A DNA stretch of 64,000 bases from IMG/VR virus record IMGVR_UViG_3300044615_000294, positions 27,342 through 91,341 of that record, one strand, 5' to 3'. A model generated the notes under the pieces. That model had not been told where the DNA came from. It did not search any database and was given only the letters and a program-made list of their open reading frames with translations. This document shows, piece by piece, positions 8,842 through 18,013 of the stretch. The stretch's first letter is position 1; the number at the start of each line of letters is the position of its first letter. The DNA is from a virus. Made by a program: the position numbers and the translations under genes.

Positions 8842-9429
8842 ATGGAAGATATATTTTTAAAATTTGTTAGGGAGAAAATAACACCCAATAGTTATTATGT
8901 TTTGCATTGTATAAAGAATAAGATGGTACCATCTTCATTTGTAAACAAGGAATTAGAAACTAAAAGATTAATATCTGAAAATTGGATAAATGATGACTTG
9001 TCATTAACAGATAAAAGTATTATCTTTACTACTGAAATTGAAGGCTTCTTTAAGAAGTCTAAAAAGAAAACATCTAGAAACTTACTGGGAGATAATTTTG
9101 AAGACAGCATTAAGAAGTATACTGAAATATTTCCTGCCGTCAAGTTATCTAGTGGTAAGTACGCAAGATCTAATCCTAAAAACTTAGAGAATGCATTTAG
9201 ATGGTTCTTTGAAACTTATGATTATGACTGGGAAATAGTTTTGTTAGCAACAAAGAAATATGTTTTGGAATACAGAGAGATTAGTTATCAATATATGAGA
9301 ACATCTCAATATTTTATTAGAAAGCAAAACACAGACAAAACTTGGGACTCAGATTTAGCTGATTATTGTGAAATGATTATAAACAAACCAGATGATGAGA
9401 TAATATTTATTAAAGAAAGACTATTTTGA
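8842..9429 (+). CDS. Putative replication initiator / helicase-loader-like protein
   Basis: Start moved to ATG 8842; lies just upstream of DnaB; function inferred mainly from position. Confidence 0.5.
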   Translation: MEDIFLKFVREKITPNSYYVLHCIKNKMVPSSFVNKELETKRLISENWINDDLSLTDKSIIFTTEIEGFFKKSKKKTSRNLLGDNFEDSIKKYTEIFPAVKLSSGKYARSNPKNLENAFRWFFETYDYDWEIVLLATKKYVLEYREISYQYMRTSQYFIRKQNTDKTWDSDLADYCEMIINKPDDEIIFIKERLF

Positions 9430-9614
9430 TACATATAAATTTAAAGAAGTTACTTATTGGGATTATTGGGAGTGTGTGTTTGTATCTAATAATTAACAAT
9501 TACATTATAGAAGTGAGCATTTTACAGTATGTAGCTATAGAAGCTATAATTACTTTGTCTCACTATTTATATGAAAGAATTCAACCTTCAATAGAAGGTA
9601 CTCCAGAAGATTAA
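9426..9614 (+). CDS. Small membrane protein
   Basis: Two hydrophobic segments; overlaps previous stop. Confidence 0.5.
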   Translation: MIHINLKKLLIGIIGSVCLYLIINNYIIEVSILQYVAIEAIITLSHYLYERIQPSIEGTPED

Positions 9615-9624
9615 TCTATAGAAT

Positions 9625-10599
9625 ATGTATAATAATGCGAGCCCTTTAAAGGCTGTGAGTGAAAGAGATGCTCTTAAAAAAGCTCTCTACAAAATGAAAG
9701 CTAGACACAATGGTGAATTAAAATCATTGAAGACAGCTTGGGTGAATTTTAATAATGCTTTTTGTGATGGTCTAGAATGGAGAACTATTACAGTTGTTGG
9801 TGCAAGACCAGGAACAGGTAAAACTTTATTTATGGAACAATTGGTTAATGATGTCATAAAGATTAATCCTGACCAAAAGTTCAGAATACTAAAGTTTCAG
9901 TTTGAGATGCTGGATGAGACAAATGGTATTAGAAAATTGTCTATGAATGTTGGTTCTGATTACAATACTCTGATGAGTAAGGAGAAGCCTGTGGACAAAG
10001 GTGTTTTTCAAAAGTGTGTGCAGTTTTATGAAAGTACTGCAAGTTATGACATAGTAGATGTGGTGTATGATCCATGTACAGTGGATGAGATGTGTGCTAC
10101 TATTCATGCTTATATGGAGAAGCATAAAAGTGAAGATGGATTTACAAACACTTTAGTTACTATAGATCACTCAGCTTTATTTAAAGTTGGTAAGGGGCAG
10201 AAGGATAAGTTTGAGATGCTCTATGGTTTAGGTGAAGCCCTTACAGAAATGAAGAAGAAGTTTCCTGTGGCATTCTTAGTTCTTAGTCAGTTAAACAGAA
10301 ATGTTGAAACTATAGAAAGGGCTAAAGATGGTACATATGGAAACTATATTCTAGATTCTGATTTATATGGTTCTGATGCTTTATTACAACATGCAGATGT
10401 AGTGCTTGGTATTAACCGTCCCTTTAATAGAAGGATTAAATTCTATGGACCTGAGAAGTATATTATCAATGACCCAGATTTGTTAGTATTTCACATACTA
10501 AAGTCTAGAAATGGCTACATGGGCATGAACTTCTTCAAGTTAGATAGAGATGTCATGAGGATTATGGAAGTTGATGCACCACCTACATCATCGCATTAA
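9625..10599 (+). CDS. dnaB: DnaB-like replicative helicase (RecA-like domain only)
   Basis: GARPGTGKT, FEM, IDH, LSQLNR, SD..GSDAL.Q.AD, KSRNG. Confidence 0.88.
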   Translation: MYNNASPLKAVSERDALKKALYKMKARHNGELKSLKTAWVNFNNAFCDGLEWRTITVVGARPGTGKTLFMEQLVNDVIKINPDQKFRILKFQFEMLDETNGIRKLSMNVGSDYNTLMSKEKPVDKGVFQKCVQFYESTASYDIVDVVYDPCTVDEMCATIHAYMEKHKSEDGFTNTLVTIDHSALFKVGKGQKDKFEMLYGLGEALTEMKKKFPVAFLVLSQLNRNVETIERAKDGTYGNYILDSDLYGSDALLQHADVVLGINRPFNRRIKFYGPEKYIINDPDLLVFHILKSRNGYMGMNFFKLDRDVMRIMEVDAPPTSSH

Positions 10600-10610
10600 A
10601 ATTAAAAATT

Positions 10611-11186
10611 ATGTATAACAGAAAAGACAAAGAAAGAGAGTTGATGGAACATCACTCTAAGTTTTTAGAAAAACTAACCGGTGGTTATCAGTTTACAGCT
10701 AAGACTGCATTCTATAGCAAGGGTAAGTTTGGAAGACAGATTCAGTTTTTTGAGAATGAATTAAACAAGGGAACTGATATCTATGTAGAATTAGTGGACA
10801 TTGAGAGGGATGCAAGAGGAGCTGAGATAAATATGGTTCCTATGTTTTGGGAGAGACCACTATTCAAGTATAGATACAATCCCTATTTTAAGGAAGAGTA
10901 TGAAGTTAAGACTTCTACAAATTCTAGAGGCGAGGAGTATTCTGCATATGTTATTCCAACTTCAGAACTTGTTTGTGTAAACAAAGGGTCTGAAGAAATT
11001 CCTTATAATAGCTATGAGACACAGAGAACTGAAGAGCCAAAAGAACAAAAGAAGCTAAGTGTCTTTCCAGATTTTGAGGAAGAGTTTGTTCCTAAGCTCA
11101 AGACTCAAGAAACTGATGAAGATGTATCTAGCATTCTTTTGCAAATTGCTGAAGGTTTTCAAAAACTAGCACAAAAATTTAAGTAA
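10611..11186 (+). CDS. Hypothetical replication-module protein
   Basis: 191-aa ORF between helicase and ATPase. Confidence 0.7.
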   Translation: MYNRKDKERELMEHHSKFLEKLTGGYQFTAKTAFYSKGKFGRQIQFFENELNKGTDIYVELVDIERDARGAEINMVPMFWERPLFKYRYNPYFKEEYEVKTSTNSRGEEYSAYVIPTSELVCVNKGSEEIPYNSYETQRTEEPKEQKKLSVFPDFEEEFVPKLKTQETDEDVSSILLQIAEGFQKLAQKFK

Positions 11187-11187
11187 A

Positions 11188-11907
11188 ATGGGTATAGTAC
11201 TTCCAACTAAAAAAGTAAAAGCTAACAGGGTTAATCCTAAAAGATTAATTGTGTATTCAAAGCCTAAAACAGGTAAGACAACTGCATTTGCAGGTCTTGA
11301 AGATAATTTAATTATTGACTTAGAAAATGGTGCAGACTATGTGGAAGCACTTAAAGTCAAAGCTAATAATCTTCAGGAGTTAAAAGAAGTTGGCAAAGCA
11401 ATCAAAGATGCTGGTTATCCATATCAATATATTACTATTGATACTGTGACAGCTTTGGAAGATATGGTTATGCCACTTGCAATTAACTTATATAAGCAAA
11501 CGCCAATGGGTAAGAATTATTCTGGAGACAGTATTCTTACATTGCCTAATGGTGCGGGTTACTTATATGTTAGGCAAGCATTCTTTCAAGTTTTAGATTT
11601 TATTGATACCTTAGCTCCCCATATTATTTTATCTGGTCACATTAAGGACAAGCAGGTAGATGATAAAGGAGAGATGGTTATGTCTGCAAACATAGATTTG
11701 ACGGGCAAGATAAAATCTCTAATTTGTGCTAACGCAGATGCAATTGGTTATATGTATAGAAAGGGTAATGAAACCATTCTTAGCTTTAAAACTAATGAAG
11801 AAGTGACTTGTGGCGCAAGGCCAGAGCACTTGCAGAATGAAGAAATAGTAATTTCTGAGATGAAAGATGGTAAGTTAAAGACTTACTGGAATAAAGTGTA
11901 TAAATAA
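11188..11907 (+). CDS. Sak4/AAA_24-like ATPase (single-strand annealing)
   Basis: YSKPKTGKTT, IIDLENG, ITIDTVT, ADAIGY. Confidence 0.75.
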   Translation: MGIVLPTKKVKANRVNPKRLIVYSKPKTGKTTAFAGLEDNLIIDLENGADYVEALKVKANNLQELKEVGKAIKDAGYPYQYITIDTVTALEDMVMPLAINLYKQTPMGKNYSGDSILTLPNGAGYLYVRQAFFQVLDFIDTLAPHIILSGHIKDKQVDDKGEMVMSANIDLTGKIKSLICANADAIGYMYRKGNETILSFKTNEEVTCGARPEHLQNEEIVISEMKDGKLKTYWNKVYK

Positions 11908-11921
11908 TAAAAACAAACAAA

Positions 11922-12614
11922 ATGGGTTTAAGTACAAAAGATCTAGTAAATGAGAATGGTGGTGGTGGAATGGCAAAAACTATTGCTCCAGGAAACCACA
12001 CATTAAAAATCAACAGTGTAGTGTTAGAAGACTTTCAATTTATTGATGGTGCAAAACACTTAGTACTAAATGTTGAAACAGAACCAATTGAAGGATTTGA
12101 AGGTTTTCTGATTGATAAAGATGATGAAAGCAAAGGAAAATATAAAGGTCAAATTGGTCGGGTAAAAGCTAGTCAATATGCATTTGCTGATGGACAAACA
12201 AAGTCTGGAATTAAAATTCAAAGAGATAGATCTTTGATGATGTTCTTGGCTAACTTGTCTAAGGCAACTGGAATAATGAAATGGTTTGAGGAGCAAGATA
12301 ACAAGTTTAATACAATTGAAGATTTTGTAAAGAACTTTAGTAACAATGCTCCACTTAAAGATAAGTATCTAGATTTTTGTGTTGCCGGTAAGGAATATGA
12401 AAACAAGTCTGGCTATACTGCATATGACATGTGGTTACCAAAAGCAGAAAACAATAAGTATGCTTATGGTGAAGAAGGTTCTGATAGAATTCTTAAGTAT
12501 GATGAAGCAAAGTATCTTAAGAAACTTGAGGTAAAGCCAGTAGATAACTTTGGTGATGATGATGATGACTTTCCAACACCAGGTAAAACATCTTCAGATT
12601 TTAGTTTAGATTAA
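11922..12614 (+). CDS. Putative single-stranded DNA-binding protein
   Basis: Follows Sak4-like gene; beta-rich; acidic tail DDDDDFP. Confidence 0.55.
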   Translation: MGLSTKDLVNENGGGGMAKTIAPGNHTLKINSVVLEDFQFIDGAKHLVLNVETEPIEGFEGFLIDKDDESKGKYKGQIGRVKASQYAFADGQTKSGIKIQRDRSLMMFLANLSKATGIMKWFEEQDNKFNTIEDFVKNFSNNAPLKDKYLDFCVAGKEYENKSGYTAYDMWLPKAENNKYAYGEEGSDRILKYDEAKYLKKLEVKPVDNFGDDDDDFPTPGKTSSDFSLD

Positions 12615-12624
12615 CAACTCCTAG

Positions 12625-12655
12625 ATAAAGGGGTTGTAATGGCCCCTTTATTTAC
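12625..12655 (+). terminator. Rho-independent terminator
   Basis: ATAAAGGGG-ttgtaatgg-CCCCTTTAT followed by T-rich tract. Confidence 0.7.
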
Positions 12656-12670
12656 TTAAATTGGGTTGCT

Positions 12671-13654
12671 ATGATTTCTACAAAGAATTTAATATATGAT
12701 TTAGCTGATGTCCCAAGAGAATGGGCATTTGAACATTATCTTAACCTAACAGAAAAGCTTACAGGACAAGATATTAAAATGAAATCAATATTTAATCCAC
12801 GGGAGAAGACACCTTCTATGTGTATTTATATTGACAGAAATAATATCTATAGGTTCAAAGATTTTTCTTCAGGTAATGGTGGTGATTCTATTGCTCTTGT
12901 CCAAAGTCTATTTAATTTACCCACTAGAGGTTCCGCAAGTTATAAGATTATAGAAGACTATAACCAGTATGTTTTAAACAATGGTCATAATCCTATAAAG
13001 TCTTATAAGCAACACAGTAAGTTTAAAGTTACTGATTATGAAATGCGGCACTGGAATACTCTTGATCAGAAGTATTGGATGGGATATCACATTGGTTCTA
13101 GATTATTGTCTAGATATAATGTGGTTCCACTAGAATATTATGTGATGACAAAGACAGATGAAAATGATGTTGTGTCAAATATAACTATTAAGGGTAACTA
13201 TATCTATGGTTATTTTAGAGAGGACGGGAATCTTTATAAGATTTATCAGCCAAAAGTAAAAGACAGTAAATTTATCAAGGTAAGAGATTATATACAAGGT
13301 ACTGAGCAATTAGTATTTGATAAACCCTATTTGATTATTACATCTTCACTTAAAGATTTAATGGCATATCAAAAACTAAAGATTAGTAATTCAGAAGCAA
13401 TTGCACCAGATAGTGAGAATACTATGATACCAGAGAATATAATGAGTAGCATTAGTTCTAAGTATCAGAAAGTATGTGTGTTGTTTGATAATGATGAGGC
13501 TGGTATAAAAGCTGCGGAGAAGTACAAATCTAGATATGGTTTTGAGTATGTTGTTCTAGAGATGGAGAAGGATTTATCAGATGCTATTAAAGTACATGGT
13601 ATAGATAAAGTTAGAGACAATCTATTACCGTTATTAAAACAAGCATTATTATGA
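12671..13654 (+). CDS. dnaG: DnaG-type DNA primase
   Basis: EKTPSM..FKDFSSG.GGD (degenerate ZBD), TOPRIM LFDNDEAG, KDLSD. Confidence 0.85.
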   Translation: MISTKNLIYDLADVPREWAFEHYLNLTEKLTGQDIKMKSIFNPREKTPSMCIYIDRNNIYRFKDFSSGNGGDSIALVQSLFNLPTRGSASYKIIEDYNQYVLNNGHNPIKSYKQHSKFKVTDYEMRHWNTLDQKYWMGYHIGSRLLSRYNVVPLEYYVMTKTDENDVVSNITIKGNYIYGYFREDGNLYKIYQPKVKDSKFIKVRDYIQGTEQLVFDKPYLIITSSLKDLMAYQKLKISNSEAIAPDSENTMIPENIMSSISSKYQKVCVLFDNDEAGIKAAEKYKSRYGFEYVVLEMEKDLSDAIKVHGIDKVRDNLLPLLKQALL

Positions 13655-14079
13655 GTAAATGGTCATACCAAGGACAAGACTTTGAAAGCTCCATGATTCC
13701 AGAAGGAGCAGAAGGTTTTGTGTATGAGATGCAGGCTATAATAAATGGAAAGCTTGTAAGGTATGTTGGAAAGAAGAACTTTTATTCTACGACAAAGAAG
13801 AGAATGGGTAAGAGAGCTGTAGCACAATTACAGGATAAGAGAACTAAGAAATATACCATACAAAAGAAGCTATCATATATAGATTATTATAGTAGCAATG
13901 CAGAATTAAAGGCTGCACATAAAGCCGGAATAGAAATTAGAAGATATATCATTAAGATATGTTTCTCTAAGACTGAACTTACTTATTATGAGACTAAGTA
14001 TCAGTTTATAAGAGAAGTACTTGAGAGTGATGAGTTTCTAAATGGAAATATTCTAGGCAGGTTTTACAAATTCAAATAA
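13651..14079 (+). CDS. GIY-YIG-like nuclease
   Basis: GFVY...YVGKK, YYSS, E...Q...VL, FLNGNI. Confidence 0.65.
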   Translation: MSKWSYQGQDFESSMIPEGAEGFVYEMQAIINGKLVRYVGKKNFYSTTKKRMGKRAVAQLQDKRTKKYTIQKKLSYIDYYSSNAELKAAHKAGIEIRRYIIKICFSKTELTYYETKYQFIREVLESDEFLNGNILGRFYKFK

Positions 14080-14081
14080 TT

Positions 14082-14483
14082 ATGACAGAAGAACAATTAA
14101 TGGAAGTCTTGATCCAATTGGCGGATCAGGGGGTTACTGGTATTAAGGTACATTATGATGGTAGTGGAGATAGTGGAGCTATTGAAGGTATAGTATATAC
14201 AGATATAGAAGATGCAAACTTTTCTGATATTGATCTTGTAAGTGCATGGGATCAAGACAAGAATCTTGCAGAATTAAACTCTAGTGCATATGCAACTATT
14301 CAGAATTTTGCTCATGAAACAATACTTGATAATATTGAAGATTGGTGGAATAATGAAGGTGGTTATGGGGAGTTGTTAATTAAAGTTCCTTCAGGTGAGT
14401 ATCTTGTAAATAACAATATCAGAAGCATGAAAGTTGAAGAGTATAATCATCATGGTAACTTATTTAAAAAAACAGAAGAATAA
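14082..14483 (+). CDS. DUF6878-like protein
   Basis: VHYDGSGDSGAIE and WWNNEGGYG motifs (family recalled, not searched). Confidence 0.6.
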   Translation: MTEEQLMEVLIQLADQGVTGIKVHYDGSGDSGAIEGIVYTDIEDANFSDIDLVSAWDQDKNLAELNSSAYATIQNFAHETILDNIEDWWNNEGGYGELLIKVPSGEYLVNNNIRSMKVEEYNHHGNLFKKTEE

Positions 14484-14824
14484 TGTCACATCCTTGGCAA
14501 CATGCAAGATCTTCAGCTAGAAAGTTTGGAGGTTTTCCAATTGATTACATAAAAATTCATGAGTGGTTTGATGAAACTAAGGCTTGGATAGGACATAGTA
14601 AGCATAGAATGTTCCGTCACCATAGTGAGGGAATATTTGAATGTGAGAAAAAGTTTGGGCCAAGTTTTGAAAATTCAGAGGGTAAAACAGTATATACAAG
14701 ATATGTTGGAGAACAACATGTAAAAGAGGATTGCAATGGTTATATACCAAGTGCAAAAGAGTGGGTGGATAATATAAATACACCTACAGAATGGATGATA
14801 AAAACTTTAAAAATTGAAGACTAA
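14483..14824 (+). CDS. DUF6915-like His-rich protein
   Basis: HPWQHARSSARKFGG, IHEWFD, HRMFRHHSEGIF, EQHVKED (family recalled, not searched). Confidence 0.65.
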   Translation: MSHPWQHARSSARKFGGFPIDYIKIHEWFDETKAWIGHSKHRMFRHHSEGIFECEKKFGPSFENSEGKTVYTRYVGEQHVKEDCNGYIPSAKEWVDNINTPTEWMIKTLKIED

Positions 14825-15155
14825 TGGAAGATGTAAAGACAATTGAATTAAAAAATGAGAAAATCAGAATTGTTTTCACAAATGAAGAAAATCCTGATGA
14901 ATCACAATTAGTGATGACATTTACTGTAACAAAAGATGGAGAAAAAAAGATAACCTCAGTAGGATTAGACACTTCTCTTATTAATAGAGAAGTATCATTT
15001 ATGGGTGAAATGTATATGAAAACTATTGATCTTTTATATACTGTGAAAGAAATATTTGATTTAGGTCAAACATATGAGGGACTACATGTATTAACTAGAG
15101 CAGAATATAAAGAATATGTAACAAAAGTATTGGGACATAAAATTGAAGACTAATG
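14810..15155 (+). repeat. 17-bp direct repeat AAAATTGAAGACTAATG flanking one gene
   Basis: Identical copies at 14810-14826 and 15139-15155. Confidence 0.9.
14824..15153 (+). CDS. Hypothetical protein (repeat-flanked cassette)
   Basis: TAATG overlaps at both ends. Confidence 0.7.
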   Translation: MEDVKTIELKNEKIRIVFTNEENPDESQLVMTFTVTKDGEKKITSVGLDTSLINREVSFMGEMYMKTIDLLYTVKEIFDLGQTYEGLHVLTRAEYKEYVTKVLGHKIED

Positions 15156-15581
15156 ATTTTAAGTAGAGATGAAGTTAAAAATTTAGTAAATATGATGAAG
15201 TCATCAGATAAAGAGAATCACTATCTGGTGTATAAAGTTTTAGAAGATTTAGATTTAGAAACAAATCTTGGAGAAGTACTAGTTATTTTTAGATATGGTA
15301 ACTATAGGTTAGATGAGTGGGAAGAGGATTGTCCAAAGGTTTATGATTTTATAATAAATAAACTACATGATTACAATGGTGGATGGGATTCAAAACCTAC
15401 TACAAGTGATATCTTATCATTACTGACCAAGAATAATGCTTCTAAAGATTCTATAGAATTGTTTCTAGAGTACTTTATGATGAATCTTGGTAGAATGTTG
15501 GACAATATGGGATATCCAACAGACAAGTTTGAATTAACAGTTAAATTAAAAGACAATGGACAAACAGCAAAGTCTAAGTAA
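15153..15581 (+). CDS. Hypothetical helical protein
   Basis: Contains MMKSSDKEN motif. Confidence 0.7.
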   Translation: MILSRDEVKNLVNMMKSSDKENHYLVYKVLEDLDLETNLGEVLVIFRYGNYRLDEWEEDCPKVYDFIINKLHDYNGGWDSKPTTSDILSLLTKNNASKDSIELFLEYFMMNLGRMLDNMGYPTDKFELTVKLKDNGQTAKSK

Positions 15582-16734
15582 AATTAGTAAAGAGCTAATG
15601 TTGAGAGAGCCCTATTATGGGTTCTTTCTTATTATGCTCAACAAAATGTGGAGAAAAGATCTTCCTACGGCAGGTGTGAGTAAGAATGGTATCAACTATC
15701 AGTTGGCTATCAATGAGGAGTTTTGGACAAGTCTTAGTGAGAAGCATCAAATGGGATTGCTTAAGCATGAGTTATTGCATATTGCTTTTGGACATTTAGT
15801 GAGTTTTGGTTCTTTTAGAAACAAGAAACTTGCTAATGTTGCAATGGACATGGAGATCAATCAGTATATTGATCCAGAATATTTGCCAGATGGAGGTATA
15901 GATATAAATAACTATGAAGATCTTGATCTTGATATTAAAGCAGGTTGTAGATATTATTATGATAAACTACAACAGCTTAAAGATGAGAAAGACAAGAACG
16001 GTACATGTGGAAATGAGGAGATGGATAAGTTGCTAGACAACATAGACAATGGAGATGTTCCTGATCATAGTACATGGGAAGAGTTTGATGATCTTAGTGA
16101 AGCTGAGAAAAAACTAATTGAGAAGCAAATTCAAAAAGTTTTAGCAGATGCTAAAGAACAAACTATTAAGAAGCGGGGGAATGTTCCAGGTGAGATAGAA
16201 GGTGTTATAATTATTGAAGAAATAGTTAAACCTAAATTTGACTGGAGAAGTTATGTCAGAAGATTTTCTGGTACAAGTACTAAAGTATTTACCAAGAAGA
16301 TTAGAAGAAAAGAGAATAGAAGGTATGATGAAAATCCTGGCCTTAAAATTAAAATGAAACAGCATATGTTGTTGGCCATTGATACTTCAGGTTCTGTAAG
16401 TGATGCAGAGTTAAATGAATTTATGAATGAGATACACCATATCTATAAAGCTGGAGTAGATATTACAATAGTTCAATGTGACACAAGTATTAATTCTATA
16501 GAAGAATACAAAGGTAAGAATGAACTAAATGTAAAAGGTAGAGGTGGGACTGAGTTTGATCCAGTTCTAGATTATTATAATGCTAACCAAAAGAAATATA
16601 CAAGCCTGGTGTATTTTACTGACGGAGAGTGTTATACATCTGTAAAGCCAAAAGGACGTATCCTGTGGGTTTTGTCAGAGAGATCAAGTATGAATGAAAG
16701 TTTACCAGGTCATGTAATTAAATTAGAACTATAA
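15556..16734 (+). CDS. Metallopeptidase-vWA protein (DUF2201-like)
   Basis: HELLH zincin motif, NVAMDMEINQ, MIDAS DTSGS, GRGGTEF, YFTDGE. Confidence 0.85.
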   Translation: MDKQQSLSKISKELMLREPYYGFFLIMLNKMWRKDLPTAGVSKNGINYQLAINEEFWTSLSEKHQMGLLKHELLHIAFGHLVSFGSFRNKKLANVAMDMEINQYIDPEYLPDGGIDINNYEDLDLDIKAGCRYYYDKLQQLKDEKDKNGTCGNEEMDKLLDNIDNGDVPDHSTWEEFDDLSEAEKKLIEKQIQKVLADAKEQTIKKRGNVPGEIEGVIIIEEIVKPKFDWRSYVRRFSGTSTKVFTKKIRRKENRRYDENPGLKIKMKQHMLLAIDTSGSVSDAELNEFMNEIHHIYKAGVDITIVQCDTSINSIEEYKGKNELNVKGRGGTEFDPVLDYYNANQKKYTSLVYFTDGECYTSVKPKGRILWVLSERSSMNESLPGHVIKLEL

Positions 16735-16745
16735 AAAGAAAAACT

Positions 16746-17915
16746 ATGAGCACAGTACAATTAAACGTAGAAGAGTTAAAAGGATTTATCCGCCATATGG
16801 TTGCAAACAACCAGTATATCCAAAGCCAAGGAAAAGTTCCAGTGGCAATTAATATTGAAGGTGATGCCGGTCTTGGTAAGACTTCAGCTATCATGCAGTT
16901 AGGTAAAGAACTTGACATGGATGTAGTAAAGCTTAATTTATCTCAGATAGAAGAATTAGGTGACTTAGTTGGTTTTCCTGTTAAAGAATTCTTGGTAAGA
17001 AATCAAGAAGGTAAAGAGCGTTGGATAAATGAAGCTCAGATTCAAGGAGCTCTTAATGCTAAGTTTACTGTTGTAGATAAGAGAATGGCTCATGCTGCTC
17101 CAGAGTGGATTCAAGGTAAAGGTGAAGGTGGTTTCTTGGTATTGGATGACTATACTCGTGCAGACCATAGATTTATGCAAGCCACTATGGAGATCTTAGA
17201 TAGACAAGAATATGTTTCTTGGAAGCTACCTAAGAACTGGCACGTAATCTTAACCACTAATCCAGACAATGGTGACTATAATGTTACTTCTTTGGATGTT
17301 GCTCAGAAGACCAGATTTATTTCTGTAGAGATGAAGTATGATGTTAATGTGTGGGGTAAATGGGCTGAGACAGCAGGAATAGATGGTAGATGTATTAACT
17401 TTATGTTGATGCACCCAGAGCTTGTAACTCAAAGAGTTAATCCAAGAGCTATTACTACGTTCTTTAATGCTATCAGTTCTATTCCAAAGTTTGAAGATAA
17501 TCTTCCACTAATCCAAATGATTGGTGAAGGTTCTGTTGGTGCTGACTTTAGTTCTATGTTTACTATGTTTATTAACAATAAACTAGATAAGATTATCTCT
17601 CCGGATGATATTCTTAACAAGGATGAAGCATATGTAATGGGAGCTTTGACAAGTGCAGTTGGTAAAGATGATGATTTCAGGGCAGATATTTCAAGTGTAA
17701 TTGCAACCAGATTGGTTAATTATTCACTTGTTATGGCTGAGAAAGGTTCTGTTGCTGCACCTATTATTGACAGATTAGCTAAGCTTACTACAGACTGTGA
17801 AGCATTTACAAATGACTTGAGATATTATATGATCAAAGAGATTGTAAATGGAAACAAGGTGAAGTTTGCTAAACTCATGCAGAATACTAATGTGGTGAAG
17901 ATGGCTATCAGCTAA
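16746..17915 (+). CDS. MoxR-like AAA+ ATPase
   Basis: GDAGLGKT, LVLDDYTR, TTNP, Q.TRF, NPRA; adjacent to the vWA gene. Confidence 0.8.
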   Translation: MSTVQLNVEELKGFIRHMVANNQYIQSQGKVPVAINIEGDAGLGKTSAIMQLGKELDMDVVKLNLSQIEELGDLVGFPVKEFLVRNQEGKERWINEAQIQGALNAKFTVVDKRMAHAAPEWIQGKGEGGFLVLDDYTRADHRFMQATMEILDRQEYVSWKLPKNWHVILTTNPDNGDYNVTSLDVAQKTRFISVEMKYDVNVWGKWAETAGIDGRCINFMLMHPELVTQRVNPRAITTFFNAISSIPKFEDNLPLIQMIGEGSVGADFSSMFTMFINNKLDKIISPDDILNKDEAYVMGALTSAVGKDDDFRADISSVIATRLVNYSLVMAEKGSVAAPIIDRLAKLTTDCEAFTNDLRYYMIKEIVNGNKVKFAKLMQNTNVVKMAIS

Positions 17916-17974
17916 AACAGTGATAGAACATTTACCCCTTTAATCAAACATCAAACAAATTAATAACTAAGATG

Positions 17975-18002
17975 GGGGAAGGTAATGCTTCCCCTATTCT
18001 TT
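17975..18002 (+). terminator. Putative terminator hairpin
   Basis: GGGGAAG-gtaatg-CTTCCCC followed by TATTCTTT. Confidence 0.6.
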
Positions 18003-18013
18003 ATAAAACAAGT

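Noticed and set aside
13651-14079. GIY-YIG ORF as a mobile homing endonuclease
   Set aside because: Short, no visible DNA-binding tail, coupled to primase and no intron context; kept as a CDS only
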